From Holophagae bacterium (lineage in GTDB: Bacteria; Acidobacteriota; Thermoanaerobaculia; Thermoanaerobaculales; Sulfomarinibacteraceae), in assembly GCA_003105185.1 (NCBI GenBank), contig PQAJ01000177.1, positions 14,848-78,847 of the forward strand: 64,000 nucleotides of DNA, written 5' to 3'. The notes under the pieces were generated by a model that worked only from the letters and a program-made list of their open reading frames with translations, searched no databases and was not told the DNA's origin. Below, piece after piece: positions 1-10,347 of the stretch (position 1 is the first letter of the stretch; each line of letters begins with the position of its first letter). A program made the translations under genes and the position numbers.

Positions 1-90
1 CGCGGGACCTCCGGATGTGGTCACTCCAGTATCACACGAAGAAATGATCAGGTGGGTGAGCGAAAGGCAACCTGTACGAACGTCTGTCGC

Positions 91-678
91 CTATGTCGAT
101 GTCGCCTCGACGGCAGTGGCTTCGCTGGCGGCGGTGCAAAGGCGGTCGAGCACGGGCAGGAAGCGCAGGCCCTTTTCGGTGAGGGAATAGGTTGCGGCGG
201 GCGGGTAGCCGTGGCTGACCTCGCGGTGGACCATCCCGGCCGCCTGGAGGTCCTTGAGCGCGAGGGCGAGCGCCCGCGCGGTGATCCCGGGGAGTTGGGC
301 CTTCATCTCGTTGTAGCGCGACGCGCCCCGGCCGAGGGCGACGGCAACGAGCATCGGCCACTTCTTCAGGGCGATCGGGAGCACGTCAGTGCCCGCAATC
401 GCAGTCACGGCGGCGACGCACGCGCTGCCGACGTGTTCGCCGACCGGCGTGAGCTGGTATCGGGGGCGCGGGATGCCCTGCTCGTGGGTGACCGCGCCGG
501 ACTGTTCGAGCTTCGCCAGGGTGTCGGCCAGGGTGTCGCGGCTGGCGGAAAGGGAGCGGGCAAGATCGGCGAAGCGGCTCGGGCCATCGCGGTGGAGCGT
601 TGCCACGATCGGCACCGACCAGCGGTAATGGAAAAGGCGGATGGCAGGGGCGAGCGACGGAATGCGGGACCTCTTGAC
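91..678 (-). CDS. HxlR-family transcriptional regulator with two tandem winged-helix domains; start codon not resolved
   Basis: C-terminal ~195 aa of minus ORF 91..1134 carries two HxlR-like wHTH units (RWSVPIVATLHRDGPSRFADLARSL...YQLTPVG and KKWPMLVAVALGRGASRYNEMKAQLPGITARALALALKDLQAAGMVHREV...YSLTEKG). The upstream part of the ORF is S/P/T-rich and lies antisense to the VOC gene, so it is not coding. I found no clean ATG/GTG at the domain boundary. Confidence 0.55.
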   Translation of the reverse strand, partial: VKRSRIPSLAPAIRLFHYRWSVPIVATLHRDGPSRFADLARSLSASRDTLADTLAKLEQSGAVTHEQGIPRPRYQLTPVGEHVGSACVAAVTAIAGTDVLPIALKKWPMLVAVALGRGASRYNEMKAQLPGITARALALALKDLQAAGMVHREVSHGYPPAATYSLTEKGLRFLPVLDRLCTAASEATAVEATST

Positions 679-781
679 GCGCCAGTATACTTTCCCTGCA
701 TTCTTGCTGCCGGGCAGGAGCTCCGGCGAACTGGAACGCGGGACCGGCGAGTCGGTCCCGGTAAGCCGAAAGGGGCCCACG

Positions 782-1159
782 ATGACAGAACTCAGCTTCA
801 AGCCCGAACTCACGCTCTCGGTGCTGGTCACCGACTTCGCCGCCGCCCGCCGCTGGTACACGGAGAAGCTGGGCTTCAAGGAGATGTACGCGGTCGAGGA
901 AGTCGGCTGGGTCGAGCTCCAGACGCCGCTGGGCGGCGCAACCATCGGGCTCAACCGGCTGGCAGCCGCGCACCCGGGGCCAGGCTCCGTGACGATTACG
1001 TTCGGAGTGCAGGACATCGATGCGACTCGCGCCGAGCTGGAAAAGCGCGGCGTGGCGTTCGATGGTCCGACGAACGAGATCCCCGGTATGGTGAAGCTTG
1101 CGCCGTTCCACGACCCGGATGGGAACGCGCTCATGCTCGCCCAGACGCTGGGGCAATAG
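782..1159 (+). CDS. VOC / glyoxalase-bleomycin resistance family protein
   Basis: The internal ATG at 782 (MTELSFKPELTLSVLVTDFAAARRWYTEKLGFKE...) gives a ~125 aa single VOC fold ending ...FHDPDGNALMLAQ. It is divergent from the HxlR gene. Confidence 0.75.
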   Translation: MTELSFKPELTLSVLVTDFAAARRWYTEKLGFKEMYAVEEVGWVELQTPLGGATIGLNRLAAAHPGPGSVTITFGVQDIDATRAELEKRGVAFDGPTNEIPGMVKLAPFHDPDGNALMLAQTLGQ

Positions 1160-1201
1160 GCCCCCGGACAGCCGTCCCCGGCCGGGGTATCTAACCCTTC
1201 G

Positions 1202-2995
1202 GTGGGCTACGATTTCCCGATGCTGAAAGACACGAACTGCGGGGAACTTCGACTCGCCGATGCGGGCCGCACCGTCCGGCTCGCCGGCTGGGTGCACCGC
1301 CGCCGCGACCACGGCGGCCTGATCTTCATCGACCTGCGCGATTCGAGCGGGCTCGTGCAGCTCGTGTTCAACCCCGATAACGCGGCCCTGCACGAGGTGG
1401 CCCACCGTGTGCGCACCGAATGGGTACTCCAGGTCGAGGGTGTCGTAGCTGCCCGCGATGCGGCGACGGTGAACCCGAACATGGCGACGGGCGAAGTGGA
1501 GATCATCCCGGGCGCCTGCACAGTGCTGAACGAAGCACTCACGCCACCGTTCTACATCAACGAACCGGCGGACGTGGATGAGCAACTCCGTTTGAAGTAC
1601 CGCTATCTGGACCTGCGCCGCCCGGAAGTGTCCGAGGTCATCAAGCTGCGGCACGAGGTGGTCTGGTACATCCGCACGTTCCTGGTGGAGCGCGGGTTCT
1701 ACGAGATCGAGACGCCCACGCTGATCAAATCGACCCCCGAAGGGGCGCGCGATTTCCTTGTGCCTTCGCGGACGAAGCCGGGGCATTTCTTCGCGCTGCC
1801 GCAATCGCCCCAGATCCTGAAGCAGCTGCTGATGTATGGCGGCTTTGAGAAGTACTTCCAGATCGCGCGCTGCTACCGCGACGAAGACACGCGGGCGAAC
1901 CGCGTGGCCGAGCACACCCAGCTCGACCTGGAGATGAGCTTCGTCGAAGAAGGCGACGTGATGGCCCTGATCGAAGAGCTGTACACCGGGATCGCGCGGA
2001 CCTTTGGCAAGGGGAAGATCGCGCAGACACCGTTCCCGCGGATGGACTACGAAGATTGCATGGACCGCTACGGCATCGACCGGCCCGACCTCCGTTACGG
2101 GCTCGAGTTCGTCAACATCGCCGCCCCGCTCGCGGGGTCGGGGTTCCAGGTGTTCTCGGGGGCGCTGCAGGGCGGCGGCAACATCAAGGCTATTCGGGTA
2201 CCAGGTAAGGCGGACATGACCCGGCGCGAGATCGATGAGCTGACGGAAATCGCGAAGGGCGGTGGCGCGAAGGGCCTGGCCTACATCGGCTTCGCGGGTT
2301 CGGAACTGCGCTCGCCGATCGCGAAATTCCTGACCGCGGACGAGATCGCAGGCATCCGTGACCTGACGGGCGCAGAGGACGGCGACATGGTGTTCATCGT
2401 CGCGGACCAGCCCGAGGTGGTGGCGCGGTCGCTGCACGCGGTGCGCGACACACTCGGCGACCGCCTTGGCCTGAAAGACGAGAACGTGCTTGCATTCGAA
2501 TGGGTCGAGGGTTTTCCGCTGCTCGAATGGCGGCCGGACGAGGAACGCTGGGATGCGACCCACAACCCCTTCAGCGGGTTCAAGGAAGAGCATCGTGGCA
2601 TGCTCGACACAGACCCGGGCAAGGTGGTCGCGAGGCAGTACGACCTGGTCCTGAACGGTTCGGAAGTGGGCGGCGGCTCGGTGCGCATCCACACCCGGGC
2701 GGACCAGGTGAAGGTGCTGTCGCTGATGGGCTACACCGACGAGGAGATGCAGGACCGTTTCGGCGTGGTGCTGGACGCCCTCGAGTACGGGGCGCCCCCG
2801 GAGGGCGGTGTGGGCATGGGCATCGACCGGCTGATCATGTCGCTCATCGGCAGTGAGAACATCCGCGACGTGATTGCATTCCCGAAGACGTCTGCGGGCA
2901 GCGACCCGCTGATGGGCGCGCCCGCGCCGGTGGACAAAGCCCAGCTGGACGAGCTCGGCTTGCGGTTGATCGAGGACCCTGCCCGCGGGAGCTAA
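1202..2995 (+). CDS. aspS: aspartyl-tRNA synthetase
   Basis: 597 aa. It has an N-terminal OB anticodon-binding domain (GWVHRRRDHGGLIFIDLRDSSG) and class II motifs (FQIARCYRDED, GGGSVRIH, GMGIDRL). GTG start at 1202, alternative ATG at 1220. Confidence 0.95.
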   Translation: MGYDFPMLKDTNCGELRLADAGRTVRLAGWVHRRRDHGGLIFIDLRDSSGLVQLVFNPDNAALHEVAHRVRTEWVLQVEGVVAARDAATVNPNMATGEVEIIPGACTVLNEALTPPFYINEPADVDEQLRLKYRYLDLRRPEVSEVIKLRHEVVWYIRTFLVERGFYEIETPTLIKSTPEGARDFLVPSRTKPGHFFALPQSPQILKQLLMYGGFEKYFQIARCYRDEDTRANRVAEHTQLDLEMSFVEEGDVMALIEELYTGIARTFGKGKIAQTPFPRMDYEDCMDRYGIDRPDLRYGLEFVNIAAPLAGSGFQVFSGALQGGGNIKAIRVPGKADMTRREIDELTEIAKGGGAKGLAYIGFAGSELRSPIAKFLTADEIAGIRDLTGAEDGDMVFIVADQPEVVARSLHAVRDTLGDRLGLKDENVLAFEWVEGFPLLEWRPDEERWDATHNPFSGFKEEHRGMLDTDPGKVVARQYDLVLNGSEVGGGSVRIHTRADQVKVLSLMGYTDEEMQDRFGVVLDALEYGAPPEGGVGMGIDRLIMSLIGSENIRDVIAFPKTSAGSDPLMGAPAPVDKAQLDELGLRLIEDPARGS

Positions 2996-3175
2996 TCATC
3001 GCCGGCGCGGGGGCTCCGTGTAACGGCGATGTAAAGCCGGGTTTTCGCGCGTCGCCGTCATCCAATGTGCGCGGCGGGGGTTCCCGTGTACCCTTTGACG
3101 CACTCCCGGTCCGGCCGGGGACAAATCGTCCCATGGCCTGGCGGGCGTACCGCAGAAAGACTTCCCCGGGATTGA

Positions 3176-4855
3176 ATGCCGATGTCGAACCGCATGCTGA
3201 CCCTCATGATGGGGGTTGTCGCGTTCCTGATTCTCGCTGTGGGCGTTGTGTTCGTGGTTGCGCTGGCGGGCGGTGGCGGCGATGACGACAACGGATCTCC
3301 GGCGAGCCCCTCCAACAACGATGACAGCCCCCGGAGCACGGGCAAGGGCATCTGCAGCGGCAAGTCGCTCATTGTCCCGGGGAACGACCCGAACACGGTC
3401 CTCGACCCCATCCAGGTCGGGGATGTCTCAACGAGCGAGTACGTGGTGGAGATCTTCGGCGGGCTTGTGACCCTCGATCCCGAGTTGAACGTGCAGCCGG
3501 ACATCGCGCAGAGCTGGGAAGTCACCAACGGCGGCAAGACGTACACGTTCAAACTGCGCGATGACGTGGTGTTCCACACCGGCAACACGCGCCGCGTGAC
3601 CGCTGAAGACGTGAAGTACAGCATCGAACGGGCGGCCGACCCGGTGAACGCCTCGCCGACGGTGCGCGCCTACCTGGGGAACATCGTGGGCGTGCGTGAC
3701 CGCTTCGAGAACAAGGCATCGAACGTGAGCGGCGTGAAGGTCATCGATGAGCGCACGATCCAGATCGACTTGATCGAGCCCTCAGACTTCTTCCTCTCGG
3801 AGTTGACCTACCCCGTTGCGTTCGTGGTCGACCGCGAGCAGATCGAGTCGAACCCGCGAAACTGGACCCAGAAGCCGAACGGCACGGGGCCCTTCCGGCT
3901 GGCCGAGTTCAAGCCTGCCGAGCGCATCCGGATTGTGAAGAACGACCGCTACCACCTCGGCGCGCCCAAGCTGGATGAAGTGATCTTCGAGCTCGGCGGC
4001 GGCTCGTTGTTGACGCGCTACGAGAACGACGAGATCCACATCGGCGGCTTCCCGGCCTCGCTCCTCGATTCAGTGAAGGACGGTTCGAACAAGCTCGCGA
4101 AAGAGTACCGGGCGGTGCCGAACATGGCGGTGTTCTATTTCACCCTGAACCCGCAGCAGCCGCCCTTCGACGACCCCAAGGTGCGCCAGGCGTTCGCGAT
4201 GACGCTTGACCGCGAGACCATCAATTCCGTCCTCCTGTACGACGCCTATCGGGTTGCCGATGGCTTCCTGCCGCCGGATATGCCCGGCTACACCGAGTCG
4301 GTCCACAGCTATGAGTACAACGTTGCCCGCGCGAAGCAACTGCTTTCGGAATCCAGGTACGCGGGCAACATGCCGCGGGTGGTGTTGACGTTCAGTGGAA
4401 GCGGCGCCGCCCCGGGCGACCTGCTCGTGGCGATCCAGCAGGGCTGGCAGGATGCGCTTGGAGTAAACATCGAACTGCAGGCGATCGATACCTCCGCGTT
4501 CCTGCGCGAGCAGCGGCGGGGCACCTTCCAGATGCATTCGGACGGGTGGTCGGCCGACTACCCGGACCCGGAGGACTTCCTCGGCAAGCTCTTTGCCAGC
4601 GACAGCACCCTGAACTACACAAGGTACAAGAACGACGAGGTCGACAAGCTGCTGCTGGCCGCACGGGTCGAGACTGACCGGACGAAGCGCTACCAGATGT
4701 ATGCGGAGGCTGAGCAACTCATCATGGACGATGCGGTGGTCATCCCGACGTTCTGGCCGGTGGACCACGTGGTGGTGAAGCCCTGTGTGCACGGGTACCC
4801 GGATGTCTCCATGACGGTGCCGAAGTACCGCTTCGTGGAAATCAAGGCAGAATAA
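3176..4855 (+). CDS. ABC transporter substrate-binding protein, family 5 (peptide/nickel type)
   Basis: 559 aa with an N-terminal membrane anchor or signal (MLTLMMGVVAFLILAVGVVFVVALAGG). SBP_bac_5-like sequence throughout (TYTFKLRDDVVFH, YPDPEDFL), followed by two permease genes. Confidence 0.85.
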   Translation: MPMSNRMLTLMMGVVAFLILAVGVVFVVALAGGGGDDDNGSPASPSNNDDSPRSTGKGICSGKSLIVPGNDPNTVLDPIQVGDVSTSEYVVEIFGGLVTLDPELNVQPDIAQSWEVTNGGKTYTFKLRDDVVFHTGNTRRVTAEDVKYSIERAADPVNASPTVRAYLGNIVGVRDRFENKASNVSGVKVIDERTIQIDLIEPSDFFLSELTYPVAFVVDREQIESNPRNWTQKPNGTGPFRLAEFKPAERIRIVKNDRYHLGAPKLDEVIFELGGGSLLTRYENDEIHIGGFPASLLDSVKDGSNKLAKEYRAVPNMAVFYFTLNPQQPPFDDPKVRQAFAMTLDRETINSVLLYDAYRVADGFLPPDMPGYTESVHSYEYNVARAKQLLSESRYAGNMPRVVLTFSGSGAAPGDLLVAIQQGWQDALGVNIELQAIDTSAFLREQRRGTFQMHSDGWSADYPDPEDFLGKLFASDSTLNYTRYKNDEVDKLLLAARVETDRTKRYQMYAEAEQLIMDDAVVIPTFWPVDHVVVKPCVHGYPDVSMTVPKYRFVEIKAE

Positions 4856-4861
4856 ACGGCG

Positions 4862-5812
4862 ATGGGCCCGGGGCTGCTTGGCTACACGGTTCGCCGGCTG
4901 CTCTGGGCTGTCCCCGTACTTTTCGTCATTTCGGTCGTCGTGTTCTACATGATGCGCCTCGCGCCGGGCGACCCGGTCGACGCGATCCTGGGGCAGCGCT
5001 ACCAGGAGGAGCAGGCCGCCCTGCTCCGCAAGAAGTACGGCTACGACGAGCCCATCCACGTGCAGTACATCAAGTACATGCAGAACCTCGCCAAAGGCGA
5101 CCTGGGCGTCTCGACCCGGCATCAGCAGTTCACGGTCAGCGAAATCATCATCCCAAAGATCTGGGTCTCGACCCGGCTCGGCGCCATCGCACTCGTGATC
5201 TCGTTCACCCTCGGGATCCTGGCAGGGATCTACGCTGCTCTCGCGCGGGGGACGTTCCTCGACCCGTTGACCATCTCGTTCTGGCTGGCTATCGACGCGA
5301 TCCCGGTGTTCGTGGCGGCGCCGGCCCTCATGTGGTTGTTCGCGCTCAAGCTTGACCTGGTTGGCCTGGGCTGGCGCGGGTTCGGGAGCGTGAACATCAT
5401 CCTGCCAATCATCGTGCTCTCGCTGCCGGGGACAGCCGGGGTGGCGCGGTTCGTCCGCGCATCGGTGCTCGGGGTCCTCCAGGAGGATTACGTGCGGACT
5501 GCGCGCGCAAAGGGCCTCCAGGAGCGGACCGTCGTCTTCACGCATATCGCCCGGAACGCGCTGCTGCCGCTCATCACCGTCATTGGACTTTCACTGCCGG
5601 GCGTGGCCGGGGGCTCGCTCATTGTCGAGCAGCTGTTCGGAATCCCTGGAATCGGGCGCGAGGGCTTCGACGCCGTGCTCGCGCCGGACTTCGACGTCAT
5701 CCTCGCGCTTGTGTTGTTCGGGTCGTTCCTGTTCGTGATCGCGAACATCCTGATCGACTTGCTGTATGCGGTCATCGACCCGCGCATCCGGCTCGGCGCG
5801 GCGAGAGGGTAG
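4862..5812 (+). CDS. ABC transporter permease (DppB/OppB-like)
   Basis: 316 aa polytopic protein with N-terminal YTVRRLLWAVPVLFVISVVVF and the EAA-type loop region (YVRTARAKGLQERTVVFTHIARNALLP). Confidence 0.85.
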   Translation: MGPGLLGYTVRRLLWAVPVLFVISVVVFYMMRLAPGDPVDAILGQRYQEEQAALLRKKYGYDEPIHVQYIKYMQNLAKGDLGVSTRHQQFTVSEIIIPKIWVSTRLGAIALVISFTLGILAGIYAALARGTFLDPLTISFWLAIDAIPVFVAAPALMWLFALKLDLVGLGWRGFGSVNIILPIIVLSLPGTAGVARFVRASVLGVLQEDYVRTARAKGLQERTVVFTHIARNALLPLITVIGLSLPGVAGGSLIVEQLFGIPGIGREGFDAVLAPDFDVILALVLFGSFLFVIANILIDLLYAVIDPRIRLGAARG

Positions 5813-5816
5813 CGGG

Positions 5817-6794
5817 ATGAGTGTCGCCGTCGCACCGGAGCCAGTGCTGACCGAGGGTGTTTCGCTTTCGCCGCGCCGACGGATGTTCCTGGCGCTGGTG
5901 CGCAAGAAGATCGCGATGCTCGCGATCGCGTATCTCGCGGTCTTCTACTTCTGTGGAGTGTTCGCTCCGTGGGTTGCGCCGCAGGACCCGTACCGCCAGA
6001 ACCTCAGTGCGGAGGCCCGCCTGCAAGGGCCTTCTTCTGAGCACTGGCTTGGAACCGACCGGCTGGGCCGCGACATCGCAAGCCGCGTCGTTTACGCGAC
6101 CCGGACGACCGTTGCCTTCACGGCCGTGGTGTTGATCAGCGGCAGCCTCTTCCTCGGGCTTGGGCTGGGATTGCTGGCGGGCTATCGCGGCGGCTGGGTC
6201 GACACGCTGATCATGCGTGTCGGCGAGGTGATGGGCGGGCTCCCGACGCTCCTGCTGATGCTGGCGATCACTGCTGCCTTCCGCACGCGGCTCAACGATG
6301 TGTCCTTCTGGCTCGAAGACCACACCTGGCTCGGCGACGATGCCCGGACGGTGACCAAGTTCGGGATCATCGTTTTCGCCACAGTGCCCTTTGCGTGGAT
6401 CGGAAGTACGCGCATCGTGCGCAGCCAGGCCCTGGCTATCCGCGAAGAGACCTACGTCGCCGCGGCCGAGGCGATGGGAGCTTCGACCTGGCGGGTGATT
6501 GCCCGGCACGTGCTTCCCGGCGTGATGCCGTTGTTCATCGTCGGCGTCTCGGCGGGAATGGCGGGCACGGCTGGCGCCGAAGTTACGCTGAGCTTCCTGG
6601 GCCTGGGCATCGACCCGCCGACAGCCAGCTTCGGCAGCCTGATCGCCGACGGCGCGGGGCCCCAGACGCTCGAACGGTTCCCGCATCTGCTGCTGGCGCC
6701 GGCCATCCCCGTGGCGTTGTTCTTCTTCGCCTGGAACCTGCTCGGCGATGCCCTCGTGGACCTGCTTTCGCCTCGTGGCCAGGGGCTCCGCTAG
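5817..6794 (+). CDS. ABC transporter permease (DppC/OppC-like)
   Basis: ATG at 5817, in frame with ORF 5766..6794 and just after the stop of the preceding permease. It has the EAA loop (YVAAAEAMGASTWRVIARHVLPG). No ATPase gene follows. Confidence 0.85.
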   Translation: MSVAVAPEPVLTEGVSLSPRRRMFLALVRKKIAMLAIAYLAVFYFCGVFAPWVAPQDPYRQNLSAEARLQGPSSEHWLGTDRLGRDIASRVVYATRTTVAFTAVVLISGSLFLGLGLGLLAGYRGGWVDTLIMRVGEVMGGLPTLLLMLAITAAFRTRLNDVSFWLEDHTWLGDDARTVTKFGIIVFATVPFAWIGSTRIVRSQALAIREETYVAAAEAMGASTWRVIARHVLPGVMPLFIVGVSAGMAGTAGAEVTLSFLGLGIDPPTASFGSLIADGAGPQTLERFPHLLLAPAIPVALFFFAWNLLGDALVDLLSPRGQGLR

Positions 6795-6878
6795 ACCTGG
6801 GCGTCATGCAGCTCACACGGGCGGGCGGGCCACCCGGATTTCGTCTGATATACTCGGACGGGAGGCAGTGATCGCCCT

Positions 6879-8171
6879 GTGAAGGTAACTCTTGAACGGC
6901 TCCCCGAGAGCCGCGTTCAGTTGCAAATCGAAATCGATGACGAGCGTCTCGAGAAGTCGCTCGATTCCGCGTACAAGCGCCTCGCGCAGAAGAACCGGTT
7001 CCCCGGCTTCCGGCCGGGCAAGGCGCCACGGCCCATCGTGGAGCGAGCTGTTGGCCGCGAGGGGCTCATCCGCGAGGCCCTCGATAAGCTCGTGCCGGCC
7101 GCCTACAACGAGGCCATCGAGACCGAGAACGTCGATGCCATCGGTCAGCCAGACCTGGAGATCGAACAGCTCGAGCCGGTGAAGTTCACGGCGACGGTCC
7201 CGATTCGGCCAACGGTCGCCCTGAACGACTACCACTCCATCCGCGTCGATCCCGAGCCGGTGGAGGTCACCAGCGAGATGGTGGAGGAGCAGGTGCTGCT
7301 TTTGCGCCGCCGCCACGCCACCCAGGTGCCGGTCGACCGCGCCATCCAGTGGGATGACGTGATTATCGCCGACGTGAAGGCGAGCGAAGACGGCAACCAG
7401 TTCCTGGATGACGAGAACGCCGAGTTCCCGCTGCGCGAGGGCAAGGTGCTGTTCGTTCCGGGCCTGGCCGAGGAATTCCTCGGGATGAACAAGGGCGACG
7501 AAAAGACTTTCGACATAGCAGTCCCCGAGGACTTCCAGGTCGAACAGTTGAAGGGCAAGACCGCGACGTTCACGCTCACCATCCACGAAGTGAAGGAAGA
7601 GCAGCTGCCCGAGGCTGACGACGAGTTCGCCAACCTGGTTAACGCCGACGAATTCCCCGACTTCGCCTCGCTGCGCGCCCGCATCGAATCGGACATGAAG
7701 ACCTCGCTCGAAAACGACGCGGAGTCGAAGTTCCGGAACTCCGTCATCGACAAGCTCGTTGAAGGCGCCACTCTTGAATACCCGCGAGTCCTTGTAGAGC
7801 ACGAGATCGACCACCTGGTGCGCGAAGCAATGGGCAACAACCAGCAGCAGTACCAGATGTACCTCCAGCAGCTCGGGCGCTCGGAAGCGGACTTCCGGGA
7901 GACGTGGCGGGAGGCGGCGGACATGCGGCTCCGCCGGTCGCTGGTGATCAGCGAGCTTGCGGAGGCTGAAGGTTTGGACGTTTCAGCCGAAGAGATAGAA
8001 GAGGAACTGGACACTCTCGTGGCTCCCATGGGAGATGACGCTGCACGGTTCCGCCAAATGTTCGCCACCGAAGAGGGGGTTTCGACGATTCGCCGAAACC
8101 TTCTTTCGCGAAAGACGCTCGAACGTCTCGCGGCGATCGCCCGGGGTGAACTGCAGGAGGAACAGGCATGA
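6879..8171 (+). CDS. tig: trigger factor
   Basis: 430 aa starting [20 protein letters not shown], with the ribosome-binding signature GFRPGKAPR, a central FKBP-like region and a conserved position upstream of clpP-clpX. Confidence 0.93.
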   Translation: MKVTLERLPESRVQLQIEIDDERLEKSLDSAYKRLAQKNRFPGFRPGKAPRPIVERAVGREGLIREALDKLVPAAYNEAIETENVDAIGQPDLEIEQLEPVKFTATVPIRPTVALNDYHSIRVDPEPVEVTSEMVEEQVLLLRRRHATQVPVDRAIQWDDVIIADVKASEDGNQFLDDENAEFPLREGKVLFVPGLAEEFLGMNKGDEKTFDIAVPEDFQVEQLKGKTATFTLTIHEVKEEQLPEADDEFANLVNADEFPDFASLRARIESDMKTSLENDAESKFRNSVIDKLVEGATLEYPRVLVEHEIDHLVREAMGNNQQQYQMYLQQLGRSEADFRETWREAADMRLRRSLVISELAEAEGLDVSAEEIEEELDTLVAPMGDDAARFRQMFATEEGVSTIRRNLLSRKTLERLAAIARGELQEEQA

Positions 8172-8797
8172 ACGACCAGTCCGCGCGGGTACACCCGCTT
8201 GTGCAAGCCGTCATTCCCACCGTGATCGAAACGGGCCCACGCTCGGAGCGGGCGTTCGACATCTTCTCGCTGTTGCTGAAGGAGCGGATTGTCTTCCTCG
8301 GTACGCCGATCGACGACCAGATTGCGAACCTTATCGTGGCGCAATTGCTCTACCTCCAGCGCGAGGACCCGGAGCGCGACATCAGCATGTACATCCACTC
8401 CCCGGGGGGCGTGATCACGGCCGGGCTGGCGATCTATGACACGATGCAGCTCATTGAGCCCGACGTTTCGACCATCGCCGTCGGGCAGACCGCCTCGATG
8501 GCGACCGTGCTGCTGTGCGCCGGCGCCAAGGGCAAGCGCTTCGCTCTGCCGAACGCCACGGTGCACATGCACCAGGCGCTTGGTGGTGCACGGGGCCAGG
8601 CGACCGATATTGAAATTGCGGCGAAAGAGATCCTCCGCAACAACGAGATCATCCGAAACATCATCGCCCGGCACACGGGCCAGGCCGTTGAGCGGGTGAC
8701 GCGGGACTTCGACCGCGACTTCTACCTCGACGCGCCCGGCGCGAAGGAATACGGATTCGTGGACGAGCTGCTCGCGCGGCCGGCCGAGAACCGCTAG
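8168..8797 (+). CDS. clpP: ATP-dependent Clp protease proteolytic subunit
   Basis: 209 aa with [19 protein letters not shown], the active-site region [11 protein letters not shown], and MHQALGG. It overlaps the tig stop by 4 nt. Confidence 0.95.
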   Translation: MNDQSARVHPLVQAVIPTVIETGPRSERAFDIFSLLLKERIVFLGTPIDDQIANLIVAQLLYLQREDPERDISMYIHSPGGVITAGLAIYDTMQLIEPDVSTIAVGQTASMATVLLCAGAKGKRFALPNATVHMHQALGGARGQATDIEIAAKEILRNNEIIRNIIARHTGQAVERVTRDFDRDFYLDAPGAKEYGFVDELLARPAENR

Positions 8798-8816
8798 GCA
8801 GAGGGGGACCATCGCC

Positions 8817-10133
8817 TTGGCAACCAACCGCACCAATCGCGTCCAATACCACTGCTCGTTCTGCGGAAAAAACCAGGACCAGGTCCGGCGGCTCATTGCC
8901 GGGCCCGGCGCCGTGTACATCTGCGATGAGTGCGTCGACCTCTGCAGGGAGATCATCGACGAAGAGAGCGGCAGTGCGACCACGGCTGCGAGCGGCAAGA
9001 CTGCCACAGGTCTCAGCGATCGGGTTCCCCCACCCAAGTCCATCTACGACCACCTGCAGGAGTACGTCGTCGGCCAGGAGCAGGCGAAGAAGGTCCTCTC
9101 GGTCGCCGTCTACAACCACTACAAGCGCATCGGCGCCGCCGCCGAACACGACATCGAGCTCGAGAAGTCGAACATCCTGCTTGTCGGCCCAACGGGTGTC
9201 GGCAAAACGTACCTGGCGAAGACGCTGGCGAAGATGCTCGACGTCCCCTTCTCGATCGCGGACGCGACCGCGCTCACCGAAGCGGGTTACGTCGGCGAGG
9301 ATGTCGAGAACATTCTCCTCCACCTCATCCAGGCGGCCGACTTCGATATCCAGAAGGCCGAGCGCGGGATCATCTACATCGACGAAATCGACAAGATCGC
9401 CCGAAAGAGCGACAACCCCAGCATCACGCGGGATGTCTCGGGCGAGGGCGTGCAGCAGGCGCTCCTGAAGATCATTGAAGGCTGCGTGGCCAACGTTCCG
9501 CCGCAGGGCGGCCGAAAGCACCCCCACCAGGACTTCCTGCAGATCAATACCGCGAACATCCTGTTCATCTGCGGCGGCGCCTTCGAGGGCCTCGAGAATC
9601 ACATCGAAAAGCGCCTCACGCGCGACCACGTGCGCCTCGGGTTCCAGGCGCAGCGCGGCTTCCGCGGGACGAGGCGCAAGGATGAGCTGATGACGCACGT
9701 CACCCACGACGACTTGCTCGAATTCGGACTCATCCCCGAATTCGTGGGCCGGTTGCCGATGGTTGTCGGCCTCCAGTCGCTCGACGAGGGCTCACTGGTC
9801 AAGATCCTGACCGAGCCGAAGAACGCGCTCGTGAAGCAGTACCAGCGCTACTTCCAGATGGATGGCGTCGACCTCGTCTTCACGGATGACGCGCTCCGGG
9901 CCATCGCGGAGTCGGCGATCAAGCACAAGACGGGCGCGCGCGGCCTCCGTACCGTGCTCGAAGAGACGCTCATGGAAGTGATGTACGAAATCCCGGGCCG
10001 CGGCGACGTGAAGAAGTGTGTCGTGAACGCCGACTCGGTGCTCAACAAGACGCGCCCCTTGCTCCTCACCCGGGGCGGACAGGAAGTCGACATCCCGGTC
10101 GCGAACCAGGAACTGCACGGCGAAACCGCCTGA
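8817..10133 (+). CDS. clpX: ATP-dependent Clp protease ATP-binding subunit ClpX
   Basis: 438 aa with an N-terminal C4 zinc finger (CSFCGK...CDECV), Walker A GPTGVGKT, Walker [10 protein letters not shown] and the pore loop GYVGEDV. Apparent TTG start. Confidence 0.95.
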   Translation: MATNRTNRVQYHCSFCGKNQDQVRRLIAGPGAVYICDECVDLCREIIDEESGSATTAASGKTATGLSDRVPPPKSIYDHLQEYVVGQEQAKKVLSVAVYNHYKRIGAAAEHDIELEKSNILLVGPTGVGKTYLAKTLAKMLDVPFSIADATALTEAGYVGEDVENILLHLIQAADFDIQKAERGIIYIDEIDKIARKSDNPSITRDVSGEGVQQALLKIIEGCVANVPPQGGRKHPHQDFLQINTANILFICGGAFEGLENHIEKRLTRDHVRLGFQAQRGFRGTRRKDELMTHVTHDDLLEFGLIPEFVGRLPMVVGLQSLDEGSLVKILTEPKNALVKQYQRYFQMDGVDLVFTDDALRAIAESAIKHKTGARGLRTVLEETLMEVMYEIPGRGDVKKCVVNADSVLNKTRPLLLTRGGQEVDIPVANQELHGETA

Positions 10134-10172
10134 GGGCGGGTTCGCTCGCCCATGTGCCCCGAACGGCCGATG

Positions 10173-10200
10173 GCCCCCTCTGGCGAGGGGGCTTCTTCGT
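10173..10200 (+). terminator. rho-independent terminator after clpX
   Basis: Hairpin GCCCCCTC-tggc-GAGGGGGC followed by TTCTTCGTG, about 40 nt after the clpX stop. Confidence 0.6.
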
Positions 10201-10347
10201 GCGGTGTTCCCGTTTTCGCCGCTCCCGTTGGCCTTGTCCCGTCAGGTGCGCGGATATGGTGTGCGGAGCCGGGAGAACCTCGGCGCGTGCGCGCCTCCTA
10301 CTGATTGGCACATACTGTCTCTCTGCCACCGCGGCTGGAGGGACATC

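Noticed and set aside
386-2692. 768-aa ORF on the minus strand opposite aspS. Similar very long antisense ORFs occur at 4070-5545, 7229-9043, 13852-15996, 35473-38817 (1114 aa), 54028-56208, 57850-59493 and 59899-61746.
   Set aside because: Each lies antisense to a gene with unmistakable family motifs. Their translations are R/A/G/P/H-rich with no recognisable domains. Stop codons are rare in all frames at this GC content, so these are compositional artefacts.
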